A stretch of DNA of 37,972 nt. Origin: Chrysochromulina tobinii. Taxonomy: Eukaryota. Within the stretch, counting starts at the first letter, position 1, and each line of letters begins with the position of its first letter. A program made the translations under genes and the position numbers. The notes under the pieces were generated by a model. That model was not told the DNA's origin. It saw only the letters and a program-made list of their open reading frames with translations, and did not search any database. Shown here one piece after another: positions 34,497 through 37,972 of this stretch. The DNA is taken from positions 1 through 37,972 of the forward strand of contig JWZX01002966.1 of assembly GCA_001275005.1 (NCBI GenBank), given 5' to 3'.

Positions 34497-36316
34497 CTAG
34501 CTCACCACATGAATCGTGCTCATCCCGAGTGGAATGCGCCGGTTCGCAGGAATGCGCCCCGCGACGAGCAAGCCCGAGCCGAAGGTGACACCAACGGGAA
34601 CATGCTCATCGCCCACATGCGCCCAGACCCGCTGGCGCTCCACGTACGCAGGGCGCTTGAGCAGTGGAAGCCGGCTGAGGACGTCGGTCTGACTAAGGGC
34701 GTCAAAACGGCTGAGAGTGTCCGTCTCGGCGTTCAATTTGAGCGTTTGGGACGCTGCGATGGCATTGTGACGTGCCTCTTGGGCGGCATGGAAGAGGAGG
34801 CGCGCGGCGGCGACGGCCTTCTCCTCGCGCTCGCGCCGTGCGCGCGCGCGCGCCGCGAGCTCCTCAATAGTGGGCGCCGCGGCGGCGAAGAGACGCTTGA
34901 CCACCGCCTCTGGGTTGACCGCGGAGCGGGGCCGTGGCGGAGAGTGCGAAGCAGCCTTCTCATCAGCCTTCTCTGCGGCCGCCAGGCGGTCGGCGCAGCC
35001 GGACACAGGCGGTGCGAGCACGGCGATCTCTTCGAAGCAATCCAGCGTCGTGGGCAGCGTGGCGCCCGCGGGCGGCGGTAAGATCGTGTCCACAGCCTTT
35101 TGGAAGGTCTCCTCAAGCAGCCTTGGCATCATGTCTTCGAGGACTCGCCCATGCCGACAGAGCGCGGGGCCCGAGTTGGCCTCAATGAGAATGGCCCGCC
35201 CCGCCTCGTCGACCATAAAGTCGAGCCCAAAGAGCTCAAACATGGAGCTGTTGGGCGGTGGTGGCACGAAGTGCCCCTGGCCGCAGCAAAAGACATGTGC
35301 CACCGACTCGCGCATCTGCGGCCACAAGTCGGTGTCGACGCTTAGGAAGCGCCCGCTAGGCAGGGGGTTCTCCGCGAGATGTTTGCGAAAGTCGTCCAAG
35401 CTCATCTTGTTGCAGTCCTCATACATGCCATAGGTCTCTTTGAACTTGGACTGGATCGCGTCGTTGACGAGGTGCATCGCCTGGTCCGTCACAATCGTCG
35501 GATCGTACTTGACGCCAGCGGTGCGTACATACGAGTCGCGATACATGAAGAGACGCTTATCGGCCGTGAGCAGCACGAGCAGCCGGATGTCAAACTTGCG
35601 CCCGTCAATGAGCAGCGCGTCCTCCATATATTTTTGGACCACCCACGTGCTATTAGGCTTCTTCTGCTTCAGGAAGCTCTCTGCCTGTTTGAGCGTCTTG
35701 AACACATGAATGCCACGCCCACGGTTGGCAGGGGGCGGCTTGACCTGCAGCGGAGAGAGATTCGAAAGGTCATCGTGGGTCGACTGGCGACGAGGCTGAC
35801 CAAGCTCCCTTCAGTGTTCGAGCCATGCTGTCGTACAATCCACATCTTCTCGCCTTTCTGGTTGTAGGCTTCTGCGGCATCGCGCAGCGCGCGCAGCTCG
35901 TAATCATGCTTGAGGCCGTTGTCGACCTTGGACGGCTCGTCGTCCTCCCCCGCGACCGTCACTATGAAGCTCATAGGCAGGTACGGTGGTTTGCTCGGGT
36001 CGAGCTTCGCGGCCTTGGCGTATTTGCGCATGTTGACGACGAGGCGATCCTTGATGGTGATGCCCCCGTTGCCGCGTATGCGGTTGAGGACCTGCTTGGG
36101 CGCGCCCGGCGCCCGCCCATAGAATGAGTCCCAATCGAATGCTTTCTGGCTCCAGCAAAAGTTCCAATCAGTCCGCGAATCGTCGGAGGTCATTTGCCAC
36201 CATGGTCTTTTGTTGATAGCCATCTCGAGGAGCGAACTGCCATTGTGCCGGTGCCCGATGTACGCAAGGTACGTGGTGCCCTTGTCACTGGATGCCGCTG
36301 CGGCCTGCTTCGTCAT
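34497..36316 (-). CDS. Tubulin-tyrosine ligase-like (TTLL) protein, 2 exons: complement(join(34497..35744,35837..36316))
   Basis: Removing the 92-nt intron (GTACGA...CTGCAG, 35836-35745) joins two track ORFs into KMWIVKPPPANRGRGIHVF. Further TTL motifs: VVQKY, LLIDGRKFDIR, HLVNDAIQ, FELFGLDFMVD, LIEANSGP. Confidence 0.92.
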
Positions 36317-37174
36317 GCCGCGGCGAGCTTGCGCCGTGCATTGCCGGGCCAGAGCCGGTCTTGCGGGCCTTGTCCCACTTCGATGGGCTTGTCATGCGAA
36401 AGTTGAACAGCACGTGCGTGGGGTGCGACAAAACGCCCCAGCGCGTTTCAAAAAACACAAAGTTGGTGATCAACACGACGCGTCTTCCAATCACGAGGGC
36501 CTCTACATGTACAATTGTATTATCGCATGGACGGAGGTGTGGCCGTTTCAACACGCTGTTCGTTACAACACGACGCAGTGCCTGTTCAATACAACGCTCA
36601 GATTCTTCTTCAGGGCGGTCTGACATCGCATCCAGATCCACACAGCTCACAGGCTTCCAGTGGGAGTCGAGGGTGGCGAACGATGGAAGTTAGAACGACA
36701 CGCCCCGTTTCCCGCGCGGTGATCCTATTTACAGTCAGAGAGGCAATCAGACAGAGTCACGAGCCGAAGGCATGCCAATGGCCGAATTGTCGCAACTTTC
36801 AACTTTGCAACTTCGCAACTTTGTGTCACTTCTTTCGCGGTATGGTCTTGTGCAGTCCAGCTGTGGGCGCGCGCCGGGCCGAGAGGTACGTGACTGCGAC
36901 GTCATGGCGTGCTCGTGTTAGCGCTGGCCCTCATCGGGCGTGCGCGCTGGCCCTTGCGGTCAGCTTGGGAGCCCGGCCGGGATGCAGCCCTCGTCGAGCA
37001 TGGAATTGGCCCTTGAGCAACTCGGGCAGCCCGGCCGTTTGCCTCGAAGCGCCCTCGCGGAGCACGGCATGCTTCGCACCTTTGGGGACTCGGGAGCCTG
37101 ACGGTTTCGCTCCGATTGCGTGTCAGGGAACTCGTCGGCCGACCCTCGCGCGCCGCTGACACCGCGGAGAATAC

Positions 37175-37972
37175 ATGGGCTGGTTCGGTCCCTCCAAGGC
37201 CGAGAAGGACAAGAAACTGTGGCAGGCCGCACAGGACGGCGACGAGGCGGAGCTCAGGCGGCTGATCGAGCGTGGAGGGAACGTCAACTGGCACAATCCT
37301 GATAGGGTGCGCCGCCGCATGTGCCTCGCGTGGGCGCCCGCGTCCTCGCCGCCTCTGCTGCTTTCGCCGCCGCGCTCGCCCGAGACGGCGCCGTGTCCCC
37401 ACAGCTCGCTGTAGGCTGCGCCGCCAGCCCGCCGCCCCGCCGAGCTTGGCACACGCGTCCTCGTCGCATGGCGCGCGCCGCACCCCCGCGTGCTCGCCCA
37501 CGCTCCTCGCGTGCTCTGGCACTCGATGACGCCGCGTGTGCTGCATTTGCCACAGTGGGGATACACAGCTTTGATATATGCCTCAATGTACGGGCGCGAA
37601 GGGATCGTCCGCCTCCTCCTCGAGGCCGAGGCCATCGAGGTCAACGCCACGGTAAGCCTCGAGCATGCCCTCCCCCAGCACATGCGATGGGTCCGCTTCC
37701 ATGTAGTCATTCCGCTTGGCCTCTCGTTTGTCTTTAGAACATCCACGATGGGACAGCATTGCATTACGCGGCAGGCAACGGCCACCTCGCGGTCGCCAAG
37801 CGCCTTCTCGAAGGGGGCGCCGATCCGACGCTTCGAACCAAGTACGGCCAGACGGCCATCGACTTGGCACGGGAGTATGGCAATAGCGAGGTCGTGGCGC
37901 TCCTCAGCGAGCCTCGGTACGCCGCGCGCATGCACACTGATTGCCCAGCGCTGCCGAGCGGATGTGCAGAGG
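37175..37972 (+). CDS. Ankyrin repeat protein, spliced, 3' end probably outside window: join(37175..37306,37556..37651,37738..>37916)
   Basis: Phase-0 introns GTGCGC..CAG and GTAAGC..TAG give MGWFGPSKAEKDKKLWQAAQDGDEAELRRLIERGGNVNWHNPDR/WGYTALIYASMYGREGIVRLLLEAEAIEVNAT/NIHDGTALHYAAGNGHLAVAKRLLEGGADPTLRTKYGQTAIDLAREYGNSEVVALLSEP. Possible further donor GTACGC at 37917. Confidence 0.88.

Noticed and set aside
20332..36316. Functional cluster of cilia/Ca2+ genes (EF-hand pair, PGPGxY protein, TTLL)
   Set aside because: Interspersed with unrelated genes, and such families are abundant in flagellates; no evidence of co-regulation.
36285..36650. 121-aa minus-strand ORF upstream of TTLL as an extra exon or gene
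   Set aside because: Different frame from TTLL exon 1, no recognisable motif, and no confident splice pair.
36790..36823. Short (GCAACTT)-like tandem repeat; similar AACTGGCTC/AACTGGCGC iterations at ~23604-23658
   Set aside because: Too short and degenerate to support a call beyond simple sequence repeat.

Overview
GC-rich, gene-dense eukaryotic genomic DNA with few, short GT-AG introns (donors mostly GTGCGY/GTACG). Gene content and composition suggest a haptophyte alga, Chrysochromulina/Prymnesium-like (inference only). About 19 protein-coding genes can be supported: an HA-domain protein; an SCP2-PX-TM-ABC1 kinase-beta-lactamase-like fusion; a BMT5/DUF2431 methyltransferase-like protein; a Cys/His-rich membrane-anchored protein; an F-box+FHA protein; a mitochondrial carrier; a 4-exon HSBP1; a fibrillin-like protein; an EF-hand/ADP-ribosyltransferase/LRR/ankyrin protein with a recent 426-bp duplication; two paralogous multi-EF-hand proteins; a DOT1-like methyltransferase; a spliced TTLL tubulin ligase; a spliced ankyrin protein; and several hypothetical proteins. 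No rRNA, tRNA, CRISPR array or autonomous transposon was recognised. Small non-coding repeats (a (CAAGT)n-tailed retroposon-like relic and a MITE-like hairpin sharing an exact 35-mer with a site about 10.8 kb away) lie in divergent intergenic regions. I see no operon-like novel multi-gene system. The best candidates for new biology are single-gene architectures, above all the EF-hand R-S-E ADP-ribosyltransferase and the SCP2/PX/ABC1/pseudo-lactamase fusion. All domain calls come from visual motif recognition, not database searches.
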